Assembly: GCA_028711705.1 (NCBI GenBank)
Contig: JAQTRS010000003.1
Location: 109,966-173,965, forward strand
Direction: 5' to 3'
Source: Candidatus Moraniibacteriota bacterium
GTDB taxonomy: Bacteria > Patescibacteriota > Minisyncoccia > Moranbacterales > UBA1568
DNA length: 64,000 nt
The position numbers and the translations under genes are program-made. Below are positions 26,340 through 35,291 of this stretch, one piece after another; the first letter of the stretch is position 1, and each line of letters begins with the position of its first letter. Under the pieces are notes generated by a model. That model was not told where the DNA came from and searched no databases. It worked only from the letters and a program-made list of their open reading frames with translations.

Positions 26340-27977
26340 ATGATGCAGATTATTTTTGGAGCCGCTGCTTTGAATTTTTTGGTGGGAGTCCTTCTTCTCA
26401 TCCAGAGGCGGCGTACGAAGGAAATAATCGCTTTCGGTGTCTTCTCTTTGATAACCGGCGTTTGGGGTCTATCGAATTTTCTTATTTACTATTACAACAG
26501 CGGCGTGTTTTTGGAGTCGGCCTATGCCTTCGGTGCCCTTACGGCGTCTTCGATGTTGGCCTGGTCATTTTTATATAAGCAAGGGTCGAATCGCACGAAC
26601 GTGGCGATTTTTATATATGCCTTGGGCATACTCATTTTCTGCCTTTCTTACGTCAATGGGTATGCTATTGGTGATATTCGTGGTATCACGGCAAGCGGCG
26701 TCGATGCCGATCCAGGATTATTTTCCGACGAGTATTCACTCTTTGTACTGGTGTCGCTGCTCTGGTCCTTGGCGAACGTGTTTTCGGTGTTCAGGAAATC
26801 TATCGGTTTTGAGCGGAAGCAGGCCCGATTGGTATTGGTTGGTCTGTTCGTATTCGTCGGAGTGACCATTATCGTGAGCGCTATCTTGCCGATTTTCGGT
26901 ATTTTGGGGTATACCAATCTCGACAGCCCGAGTTCTTTGATTTTCGTCATCTTCGTGGCATTCGCTATCGTGCGGTATCACTTCTTGGAGACACGGGTGA
27001 TTCTCGCGCAGGTGTTGGTGGGTGCTTTGGCTACCGTGTCGATCATCCAGCTTCTGAGTTCGACGACCGTGTTTGATGTGGTCATTACGATGATATCGCT
27101 TTGTATCGTCTTGGGTTTGGGGATATTTCTTGTACGGAGCGTGTTTAATGATATCCAGCACAAGAACGAGCTGCAGCGGGTGAATGTGCAGCTCAAGCGG
27201 AGCAAGCAGCGCTTGGGACAGGTAAACGAGCACCTAATGCAGCTCGATCAGGCCAAAACGGACTTTATCAATATCGCTTCCCATCAGCTCCGCACGCCTT
27301 TGGGAAGTATGCGTTGGAGCATGGAGATGATTCTTGCGGATGAGATGGGACCGATATCGGATTCAGCCAAGGATGCGCTCCGGGAGATATATGAGAATAA
27401 TCAGCGTATGGGCGATCTGGTGAATGATTTGTTGAGCGTGGCTCGCATCGAGCAGGGCAAGGTTGTGGAAAAAGCCGTAGCGACGGATATCGCGTCCGTT
27501 ATCAGCGAGGCGGTCAAGATGATGCAGCCCGAGGCGAAGCACAGGCAGATCACATTGCGATTCGATATGCCGACCAAGGATATCCCATCGATCATGGTGG
27601 CGCCGAAACGCTTTTTTGAGGTGATTCAAAACCTTATTTCCAACGCGATTAAGTACAATCGCCCAGAGGGAATGGTGATCGTCGCGATGGAAGTATCGAC
27701 ACGGCATATGCGCATTAGCGTGACGGACACAGGCATCGGTATCCCTCAATCGGAGCATGCTAAGATATTTTCGAAGTTTTTCCGTGCCGGGAACGCCTTA
27801 TCCACGAATACCGAAGGCACGGGACTGGGTCTGTTCGTGGCGAAGTCCTTTGTGGAGGAGAATGGCGGTATCATACGCTTCAAAAGCGAGGAGGGTGTGG
27901 GAACCACGTTCATTATCGAGTTGCCGATAACGGTGCCGACCGCGCAAGAGGATCAGCGCCAGGGCGAAGCGCGGTGA
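26340..27977 (+). CDS. sensor histidine kinase with N-terminal 7-8 TM domain
   Basis: About 250 aa of consecutive TM helices, then a HisKA H-box (IASHQLRTPLGSMRW) and HATPase_c (GTGLGLFVAKSF). There is no periplasmic domain and no receiver. Confidence 0.8.
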   Translation: MMQIIFGAAALNFLVGVLLLIQRRRTKEIIAFGVFSLITGVWGLSNFLIYYYNSGVFLESAYAFGALTASSMLAWSFLYKQGSNRTNVAIFIYALGILIFCLSYVNGYAIGDIRGITASGVDADPGLFSDEYSLFVLVSLLWSLANVFSVFRKSIGFERKQARLVLVGLFVFVGVTIIVSAILPIFGILGYTNLDSPSSLIFVIFVAFAIVRYHFLETRVILAQVLVGALATVSIIQLLSSTTVFDVVITMISLCIVLGLGIFLVRSVFNDIQHKNELQRVNVQLKRSKQRLGQVNEHLMQLDQAKTDFINIASHQLRTPLGSMRWSMEMILADEMGPISDSAKDALREIYENNQRMGDLVNDLLSVARIEQGKVVEKAVATDIASVISEAVKMMQPEAKHRQITLRFDMPTKDIPSIMVAPKRFFEVIQNLISNAIKYNRPEGMVIVAMEVSTRHMRISVTDTGIGIPQSEHAKIFSKFFRAGNALSTNTEGTGLGLFVAKSFVEENGGIIRFKSEEGVGTTFIIELPITVPTAQEDQRQGEAR

Positions 27978-28040
27978 TTTTATGGAGAAATGAGAGACAT
28001 CTGGTATACTTGGAAGAGAGACACATTAATATAAATATGT

Positions 28041-28442
28041 ATGACCGAAATAGTGCAGGGTCAAGATGCGCCAAAGGTTTCTCTTTTGGTGGTCGAAGAC
28101 GACAAGTTCTACGCTAATATCTATCGTGTGAAATTCACCAAGGAAGGATATGATATCCGCTTGGCAGGCGATGGCGATGAGGCGCTCAAGATGGCGCGCG
28201 AGCGCAAGCCCGATCTTATTTTGTTGGATCTGATTATGCCGAAAAAGGACGGGTTCGAGACGCTTCGGGAATTGAAAGCCGATACGAATCTTAAGGATAT
28301 TCGGGTAATCGTTTTTTCCAATCTCAGTCAGGATGAGGACATCAAGCGCGTAAAAGATGCTGGCGCATTCGACTATATCGTCAAGGCTAACATTTCGCTT
28401 CAGGATATGGTGGCCCGTGTGAAGGGGTATGTGGCCCAGTAA
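28041..28442 (+). CDS. single-domain response regulator (CheY-like receiver)
   Basis: 133 aa with acidic pocket LVVEDD, phospho-acceptor D in LILLDLIMPKKDG, and a conserved Lys near the C-terminus. No output domain. Confidence 0.85.
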   Translation: MTEIVQGQDAPKVSLLVVEDDKFYANIYRVKFTKEGYDIRLAGDGDEALKMARERKPDLILLDLIMPKKDGFETLRELKADTNLKDIRVIVFSNLSQDEDIKRVKDAGAFDYIVKANISLQDMVARVKGYVAQ

Positions 28443-28459
28443 TAACATCTGCTTCGAAT

Positions 28460-30175
28460 ATGCCAGAACAACAACCATCGGAAGAACTTATACCGGACGA
28501 GGTACTGTACCAGTTATTGCTTGAGACAGGATCGGTACCGCAGGCATCGCTTGATGTCGCCGCGCAGCGTGCTAAGGAGGAGCATACTTCTTTGTATGAG
28601 GCTATTTTATGGCATGATTTCGTGTCCGATGAGAAACTCTGCCGATTGGCGGCCGATTTTTTGCAGATGCCCTTCGTGCTGCTTGCGGGAATCGCCATCG
28701 AGGAAGATGTCTTGCGAACGATTCCGGAAGTGGTTGCCAAGAAAAACGCCATCATCGTTTTTCGGAAAGATACGGATGGCTTGCATATCGCGACCAAGCA
28801 GCCAGATAATGTTCAGATTATCGATTTTATACGAAGAAAGACAGGGATGTCCGTTACAGTGTATCTTTCGATGTCCCAAGATATAGCGAACGCACTCCTT
28901 TTATACGGAAAAAATATCACCAAAGCATTTGACGATATTATACACGAGAGTCTACTTGATGCGAAAGGGTCGTCGAGCGATCAGAATGCGTTGCCTATCA
29001 TCAAGATAGTAGACAATATCCTCTCGTATGCGTATCAGAACAAGTCCTCTGACGTGCATATCGAACCGCGAGAAGAAGGGTCTTTGGTGCGCTTTCGTAT
29101 CGATGGCATCTTGCATGATATCGTTACGCTTCCGCTTGAGATCCATCCGCAGATCGTGTCGCGCATAAAAGTGCTAGCAAAGCTCCGTACGGATGAACAT
29201 CAGGCGCCTCATGATGGCAAGATCCGTTTTGAATCGGAGGGTGAAGCTTTGGACATCCGTGTGTCGGTGGTGCCGGTAACGGAAGGGGAGAAAATAGTGA
29301 TGCGCCTCCTCTCGGAGCGTTCGCGTCAGTTTTCTTTGTCCAATCTCGGTTTCGGATCGAGCGATTTGGCTAAGGTGAACGAAGCCTATAACAAGCCATA
29401 CGGAACTATCCTGGTTACCGGACCGACCGGTTGTGGAAAGACTACTACGTTGTACTCCATATTGAAGCTTCTTAATAATCGCAAGGTGAATATAATGACC
29501 ATCGAGGATCCGGTGGAATATGATATGGAAGGCGTCAATCAGATTCAGGTGAATACTAAGGCGAATCTTACGTTTGCGACCGGATTGCGGAGTATTCTCC
29601 GTCAGGATCCCAACATCATTTTGGTGGGTGAAATACGTGACAAAGAAACGGCTGGTATCGCGATCAATCTGGCTATGACCGGACACCTCGTACTTTCTAC
29701 GCTGCACACCAATGATTCGGCGACAGCGGTTCCTCGTATGATCGATATGGATATCGAACCATTCCTACTCTCTTCGACTATCAATGTCATTGTCGCCCAG
29801 CGTCTCGTGAGAAAGATTCATGATGCTTGCCGTGTCAGCGAAGAGGTTTCTATTGAAGATCTGAACCAACGCTTGGGAGCTGCGCTCGTACATGAAGTAT
29901 TCGGTGATGCGAGCGAGTCTGGCAAAAGTGTGCGTCTGTACAGAGGAAAAGGATGCGATTTGTGCCATCAGACAGGATATCAGGGGCGCATCGGCGTGTT
30001 TGAGGTTATGACTATTGATGATAAGTTGCGCACCGCTATCACGAATCGCAAGGATGCGGCGACTATTGCCGATATCGCTATCGCTTCCGGGATGACGACG
30101 ATGCTTGAGGATGGTTTGGAGAAGGTAAAGCAAGGGATAACGACTTTGGATGAGGTGTTGAGGGTTATCAAATAG
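28460..30175 (+). CDS. pilB: type IV pilus assembly ATPase PilB (GspE family)
   Basis: N-terminal GspII_E domain, Walker A GPTGCGKTTT, His box, Walker B/Asp box and a tetracysteine-like motif (CDLCHQTG). 571 aa. Confidence 0.9.
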   Translation: MPEQQPSEELIPDEVLYQLLLETGSVPQASLDVAAQRAKEEHTSLYEAILWHDFVSDEKLCRLAADFLQMPFVLLAGIAIEEDVLRTIPEVVAKKNAIIVFRKDTDGLHIATKQPDNVQIIDFIRRKTGMSVTVYLSMSQDIANALLLYGKNITKAFDDIIHESLLDAKGSSSDQNALPIIKIVDNILSYAYQNKSSDVHIEPREEGSLVRFRIDGILHDIVTLPLEIHPQIVSRIKVLAKLRTDEHQAPHDGKIRFESEGEALDIRVSVVPVTEGEKIVMRLLSERSRQFSLSNLGFGSSDLAKVNEAYNKPYGTILVTGPTGCGKTTTLYSILKLLNNRKVNIMTIEDPVEYDMEGVNQIQVNTKANLTFATGLRSILRQDPNIILVGEIRDKETAGIAINLAMTGHLVLSTLHTNDSATAVPRMIDMDIEPFLLSSTINVIVAQRLVRKIHDACRVSEEVSIEDLNQRLGAALVHEVFGDASESGKSVRLYRGKGCDLCHQTGYQGRIGVFEVMTIDDKLRTAITNRKDAATIADIAIASGMTTMLEDGLEKVKQGITTLDEVLRVIK

Positions 30176-30286
30176 CAGCCGAAATGTTTAGCTTTCGATC
30201 GACGGGCGATCGAGTCCGTTTGTGGATTGTGTGATATGATGCATCGGACCGGTATTGAGAGGAGTTTCATTTTTTAACGCATATGT

Positions 30287-31345
30287 ATGACTCTTTTTTC
30301 GCGGGCGAGTTTTTTGGATATCTTGTTGTTTACAAAACACCTTTCGGTGATGGTAAAGAGCGGCATTACAGTAGCCGAGTCAGTCAAATCCCTCAAGCAT
30401 CAGGCGAAAACAGGCGCTTTCAAAAGGATTCTCGATCAAGTATCGGCCGACATCGAAAACGGCGATCCTCTCGCGAAGGCACTTGCGAAGTATCCTCAGG
30501 CTTTCAGTCATTTCTATATCAATCTTATCGCTATCGGTGAAGAGTCGGGAGTGCTTCAGGAGAATTTGGATTTCCTGTCCAAGCAGTTGAGCAAGGAATA
30601 CGCGCTTCGAAAGAAAGTACAGGGCGTGCTCCTGTATCCGGCGATCGTGCTGACGGCCGCCTTTGTGATCAGCGCCCTGGTGAGCATCTTCGTTTTGCCG
30701 AAACTTGTGAATCTTTTTGAGTCTTTCGATGTCGTTTTGCCGTTATCGACGCGTATCCTCCTATCCATCGCTCATGTCATGCAATCGCATGGAGTGATCA
30801 TATTCGTAACGATTCTTGCGGCGAGCATTTTTTTTCGGGTTTTGGCTTTCGTGCCACAGATCAGAAAATGGTATCACTGGTTATTTTTGAGTATGCCGAT
30901 TATCGGGCCATTCCTGCGAAATGTATACATTTCTTCCTCGTGTCGTGATTTGGGAATGATGCTTCAGGCGGGATTATCGATCACTCGTGCGCTGCGAGTG
31001 GAGTATGACACGATAAACAATCTCGTATTCAAGGAATATGTGAAGAGTTTGCAACTTTCTATAGCAAGGGGCGGGACTTTGTCGGGCGAATTATTGACGG
31101 GGAATTTTTCGAAGATACCGCCTTTGGTTTCGAAAATGATTGAGGTCGGAGAAGGGACCGGAAAACTCGAAGAATCGCTTCTATATCTGGGGGATTTCTT
31201 CGAAGAGGAGATTGATAATACATCGAAGAATTTTTCCACTGTTTTGGAACCGATCTTGCTTTTATGTATCGGATTGGTGGTCGCATTTGTCGCGTTGGCG
31301 ATCATATCGCCGATTTATTCATTGACGGGATCTGTCCATAGGTAA
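30287..31345 (+). CDS. pilC: type IV pilus inner-membrane platform protein PilC (GspF family)
   Basis: Two GspF-type repeats and three TM segments. 352 aa. Confidence 0.85.
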   Translation: MTLFSRASFLDILLFTKHLSVMVKSGITVAESVKSLKHQAKTGAFKRILDQVSADIENGDPLAKALAKYPQAFSHFYINLIAIGEESGVLQENLDFLSKQLSKEYALRKKVQGVLLYPAIVLTAAFVISALVSIFVLPKLVNLFESFDVVLPLSTRILLSIAHVMQSHGVIIFVTILAASIFFRVLAFVPQIRKWYHWLFLSMPIIGPFLRNVYISSSCRDLGMMLQAGLSITRALRVEYDTINNLVFKEYVKSLQLSIARGGTLSGELLTGNFSKIPPLVSKMIEVGEGTGKLEESLLYLGDFFEEEIDNTSKNFSTVLEPILLLCIGLVVAFVALAIISPIYSLTGSVHR

Positions 31346-31356
31346 ACTGAGTTGCT

Positions 31357-31785
31357 ATGAAAAAAGGATTCACGCTTGTCGAGCTATTATTGGTCATCGC
31401 GCTCATTATGATTGTCGGGATGCTTTCGGCAGCTTTTTATACCCGATTCCTGATGCAGAATAATGTTATCAATACGACTACGCAATTGGTCGGCAGCCTT
31501 CGGAAAGCGCAGATGTATAGTATGATGGGAAAACGGGGCGGTTCCTGGGGTGTGGCGGCTTTTCCTGGATCGATAGTGCTGTTTCAGGGTAATTCATATG
31601 CGTCGCGCGATGAGGCTTTGGATGAAGTGTTTGTCACGAGGCCCGATATTTCTACGGGAGATTTTTCGGAAATAGTCTTTGCGAAGACGACTGGACTTCC
31701 TGATATCGCACCGACTATCGTTATTTCCGAAGGTGGCGAGACGCGTACGTTGACGGTCAGTAATCAGGGTATAGTGAGCCAATAA
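31357..31785 (+). CDS. prepilin-type N-terminal cleavage/methylation domain protein (minor pilin)
   Basis: MKKG-FTLVELLLVIALIMIV: class III signal with Gly at -1 and Glu at +5. Confidence 0.7.
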   Translation: MKKGFTLVELLLVIALIMIVGMLSAAFYTRFLMQNNVINTTTQLVGSLRKAQMYSMMGKRGGSWGVAAFPGSIVLFQGNSYASRDEALDEVFVTRPDISTGDFSEIVFAKTTGLPDIAPTIVISEGGETRTLTVSNQGIVSQ

Positions 31786-31807
31786 CTATATGACAAGGAG
31801 ATTGAAA

Positions 31808-32284
31808 ATGAATACGCGTGAGTGCAAGGGATTCTCCGTTTTGGAGATCATTTTGGCCGTGGGAATTTTCGTGGTTATGGTTTCGGGGATGGTGATCGCC
31901 GTGCTTTCAGGCATGGAGACGAACCGTCTCGGACAAGAGGAAACGGTCGCGACGGAATATACGACGGAGGGGATAGAGGCAGCCCGATCGATACGTAATC
32001 TGAATTTTTCGGCATTGAATGATACTTCCGGAACTGGCATCGATCAAGTTTCCGGCGTGTGGTCTTTTTCTGGAAACGAAAACGTGCTTGATGGGAAATA
32101 TACGAGGGTTATTTCGATCGAGAGCGTGCGGCGGGATGGTTCCGGTAATATCGTTGAGAGCGGCGGCGGTATCGATCCGGATACGAAAAAAGTGACGGTG
32201 ACGACATCATGGGCTATTTCTTCATCGAGATATGACTCGGTGGTACTGATGACATATCTTACCAACTGGAAAGCTCCGATATGA
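31808..32284 (+). CDS. prepilin-type minor pilin
   Basis: RBS aaggag, then ATG at 31808. Class III signal KG-FSVLEIILAVGIFVV. Confidence 0.65.
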   Translation: MNTRECKGFSVLEIILAVGIFVVMVSGMVIAVLSGMETNRLGQEETVATEYTTEGIEAARSIRNLNFSALNDTSGTGIDQVSGVWSFSGNENVLDGKYTRVISIESVRRDGSGNIVESGGGIDPDTKKVTVTTSWAISSSRYDSVVLMTYLTNWKAPI

Positions 32285-32829
32285 TTATGAAACATACACA
32301 GCATACTATGCGGAGAGGATTCACTTTTATCGAGGTGCTTTTGTATATGGGCATCGTTTCATTGATGCTCACAGCGATCGTTTCTTTTGCATGGGTCATT
32401 ATCGATGCGGGAGTGAAGAGCGCTACGCAACAGGAAGTTTACGCCACGACAAGATATGTGAGCGAGCGGCTGATGTATGAAATCAGGAACGCTGCCGGTA
32501 TCGATGTTTCCGATTTCGATGTGAATCTTGCAAGTGATGAGACGAAAAATTGTTCTTTGGCGCAAGAGGGAACAAGTGAGTCGCTCCGTATCTTCGTGTC
32601 GAATAACCAAGTATTTATGAGGCTCCCTTCTTTGGAGATTGTCCCTTTGCAATCGACGGATACGAAAGTGACGAATCTTACCTTTACAGACTATTCTTCC
32701 GGTGATAGCAAGGCAAAATACGTCGGGTTTGTTTTGACGGTAGAGTCGAATTATCCGGGTGCAGCAGGACGGCAGGAATATCAGGAAAGCGTTACGATAC
32801 GATCCGGTGTCGAAGTGAGAAGTCATTAA
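32281..32829 (+). CDS. prepilin-type minor pilin
   Basis: Class III signal RRG-FTFIEVLLYMGIVSLML. The start overlaps the previous stop (ATGA). Confidence 0.65.
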   Translation: MIMKHTQHTMRRGFTFIEVLLYMGIVSLMLTAIVSFAWVIIDAGVKSATQQEVYATTRYVSERLMYEIRNAAGIDVSDFDVNLASDETKNCSLAQEGTSESLRIFVSNNQVFMRLPSLEIVPLQSTDTKVTNLTFTDYSSGDSKAKYVGFVLTVESNYPGAAGRQEYQESVTIRSGVEVRSH

Positions 32830-32879
32830 TCGTGTGCGAAGAGCGGGGTATTTTGTGACTTATTATAACAAACGAAGGT

Positions 32880-33254
32880 ATGAACAAAGGTTTTATTGCC
32901 ATGACAACCGTATTGATCCTTTCTGTGGCGATGGTCGCGATTATGACCACGGTGTCTTTGCTCTCTATCGGGGAATCGCAATCAGGATTCGCTTTGATGA
33001 AAGGGGAGGGCGCTTTACAATTTTCGGAAGGTTGCGCCGAGGATGCGCTGCTGCGTATTCGTGCCGATGAAGCCTATATTGGAGGCACTTTTTCTCATCC
33101 GGAAGGCGAATGCACGGCGGATATCGCTTCGGACGGGAGTATTAAAACAATCACGGTACGATCGAACGCTGTTGATTATAGCCGAAGCATCTCGATCATG
33201 CTTGAGCGGACGGTGACAGGTATTACGCTCATAAGCTGGCACGAGATACCGTAA
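32880..33254 (+). CDS. pilin-like membrane-anchored protein (PilX-like minor pilin candidate)
   Basis: MNKG-FIAMTTVLILSVAMVAIM hydrophobic N-terminus, lacking Glu at +5. Assigned by operon position. Confidence 0.4.
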   Translation: MNKGFIAMTTVLILSVAMVAIMTTVSLLSIGESQSGFALMKGEGALQFSEGCAEDALLRIRADEAYIGGTFSHPEGECTADIASDGSIKTITVRSNAVDYSRSISIMLERTVTGITLISWHEIP

Positions 33255-33337
33255 GCAATTGCCTTAATTTTCATTGTTATGGAAAGCTTGAGTAACACAG
33301 GGTTTATAAATTTCCAGAAAAACGATGAAGATATGGT

Positions 33338-34711
33338 ATGATATCGTATATGGGCATATTTTCAAAACAAAAAAACATCATCTTTATTTCCCATTCACGC
33401 TTGCGTGCAGTGCAGGTGAATCTGGGGCGTGCCAATGCAGGGAAGGTGATCGAGGATATCGTATGGAACAAAGAGACATTGCCATCGATACTTTCGGTTA
33501 TCCGTACAAAAATTGGGAGCGATATCCAGCTCGCACTAAGCGAAGATTTGGTATACGTCGTAAGTTTCGCTTTGAAAAACGCGACGAAATACACCCGTCT
33601 GACGATAAAGCAGGAGGCTTCGAGCTTTATCCCTGAGAATTTAGACGAGGTGCCTTGGGATTTCCGCAGTATCGCTGCTATCGTCGGCGATAAGCGTATC
33701 GGTGTCAGCAAGGGGGTGCAGGTAGCAGCGGTTTCGAAAGTTTTCCTGCACGACATCGCGCCGGCATTCGTATCGGCCGGTTTCGTGGTGGAGGCGATGG
33801 AGGCTGAATCATGCGCTTTAGCAAGACTGATGCATGATCAGGCCAGTCCGATACTTATCGTGCATACGGACCATGATAGAACCCTGCTAGTTATTCTTGA
33901 GCGCGGCGTCGTAATGGCAACACAAAATTTTGCGGAATCCATACATTCGGATGATATCGAGAGGTTCATAAGTTCGGCGCAGAAACATTTTTCATTGCGT
34001 ATCGCATCGGTTATTTTTTCCGAAGAATCGACGAAATCGCTCGGCGATGTGAGGGATTCGCTTCAGAGCAAGGGCTTTTCGGTGCAAGAGGCTTCTTTTG
34101 ACCCTATTCTCGGTCTTGCTTTGAAAAAAGATATCAGAGGAAATGATGCAGACGTATTGAATGTCAATCTGCTACCTCAAGAGAAACGAAACTTTTTGAG
34201 CCTCATACGGAGCCCTCGTGAAAAGCGATTACTGATCATTTTTTTTATTGTTTTTATCCTCGGATCGGTTGCAGTATCTGGGATGTTTATGTTTAATCGT
34301 TCAGTAAAGGCACCGATAAAGCAGGAGTCTGTCATAGCGGATATTCCTATTGAGGTTGCGAAACCCTCTGTGCCGCAAGATAATGCAGACGGTCTTGTGC
34401 CTCCATCCGGATCTGGTGCTGTCGCTGATTATGCGATCAGCATTCTTAATGGAAGTGGCATCCGGGGTGAGGCAGCCGGAGTAGAGAAGTTGGTTCGTGC
34501 GGAAGGCGCGACAAAGGTCCGTATCGGCAATGCAGATAACAATTCGTATACCAAAACCAAGATACGGGCAAAAAAAACCGTGCCTCCTTCGATGTCTCAA
34601 TCGATTGTGAAGGTATTGTCTTCGCGTTACGTTGTGGAAGATGTCGAAATATTGGATGATGGTGCGGAAGATGATATTATGGTAATAGTTGGCAGTCAAA
34701 AAAACGAATAA
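33338..34711 (+). CDS. PilM-PilN fusion protein with C-terminal LytR_C-like domain
   Basis: About 280 aa of cytoplasmic PilM-like region, then the PilN hallmark LNVNLLPQEKR immediately before a TM helix (LLIIFFIVFILGSVAVSGMF). The C-terminal segment (ADYAISILNGSGIRGEAAGVEKLV...VKVLSSRY) resembles the LytR_C domain. Confidence 0.55.
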   Translation: MISYMGIFSKQKNIIFISHSRLRAVQVNLGRANAGKVIEDIVWNKETLPSILSVIRTKIGSDIQLALSEDLVYVVSFALKNATKYTRLTIKQEASSFIPENLDEVPWDFRSIAAIVGDKRIGVSKGVQVAAVSKVFLHDIAPAFVSAGFVVEAMEAESCALARLMHDQASPILIVHTDHDRTLLVILERGVVMATQNFAESIHSDDIERFISSAQKHFSLRIASVIFSEESTKSLGDVRDSLQSKGFSVQEASFDPILGLALKKDIRGNDADVLNVNLLPQEKRNFLSLIRSPREKRLLIIFFIVFILGSVAVSGMFMFNRSVKAPIKQESVIADIPIEVAKPSVPQDNADGLVPPSGSGAVADYAISILNGSGIRGEAAGVEKLVRAEGATKVRIGNADNNSYTKTKIRAKKTVPPSMSQSIVKVLSSRYVVEDVEILDDGAEDDIMVIVGSQKNE

Positions 34712-34724
34712 AAGGATATATTTT

Positions 34725-35201
34725 ATGAAGCAGTCTGGTTTTCGGACAGAAAAAGGATTCACTCTTATCGAACTTCTTTTGGTGATAGGGATTATTTCAG
34801 TTTTGGCAGTCGTTGTGTTCGTTGCGCTTGATCCCGCGAAACGATTTGCGGATGCGCGTGATGCGAGGCGAAATTCCGATGTCCAAAATATCCTCAGCGC
34901 TATCCATCAATATATTATCGACAACAAAGGCGCTTTGCCTTCCGGACTCGGTACGACTGAAAATCAGATCGGCACGGCTACTTCCGGATGCGGCCTCGTG
35001 GCGGGCGAGTGCAATGTTGGTGCCACCGCCTGTCTCGATATGTCCGCTAATTTGGCGAAGTATCTCAAGTCGATACCGACCGATCCGCAGAACGGTACGG
35101 CTGGTACGACGCATTATTCCGTTCAAACAGATGTTAATGGCATCGTGACCGTACGCGCATGTGATACGGAAGGAACGACTGCTATCTCGATTTCGCGCTG
35201 A
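34725..35201 (+). CDS. type IV pilin (major pilin candidate)
   Basis: Class III signal KG-FTLIELLLVIGIISVLAVVVFVALDPAKRF. C-terminal Cys pair (CGLVAGECNVGATAC) for a disulfide loop. Paralog of the 48002 gene. Confidence 0.75.
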   Translation: MKQSGFRTEKGFTLIELLLVIGIISVLAVVVFVALDPAKRFADARDARRNSDVQNILSAIHQYIIDNKGALPSGLGTTENQIGTATSGCGLVAGECNVGATACLDMSANLAKYLKSIPTDPQNGTAGTTHYSVQTDVNGIVTVRACDTEGTTAISISR

Positions 35202-35291
35202 TCACAGGTACAAACTTTTAATGTCACCTCTGGCTGTGTGTTTTGGCGAGGGAGAGTCTTGTGCGCCGATTGCTAAATTCTCGATCGATAC

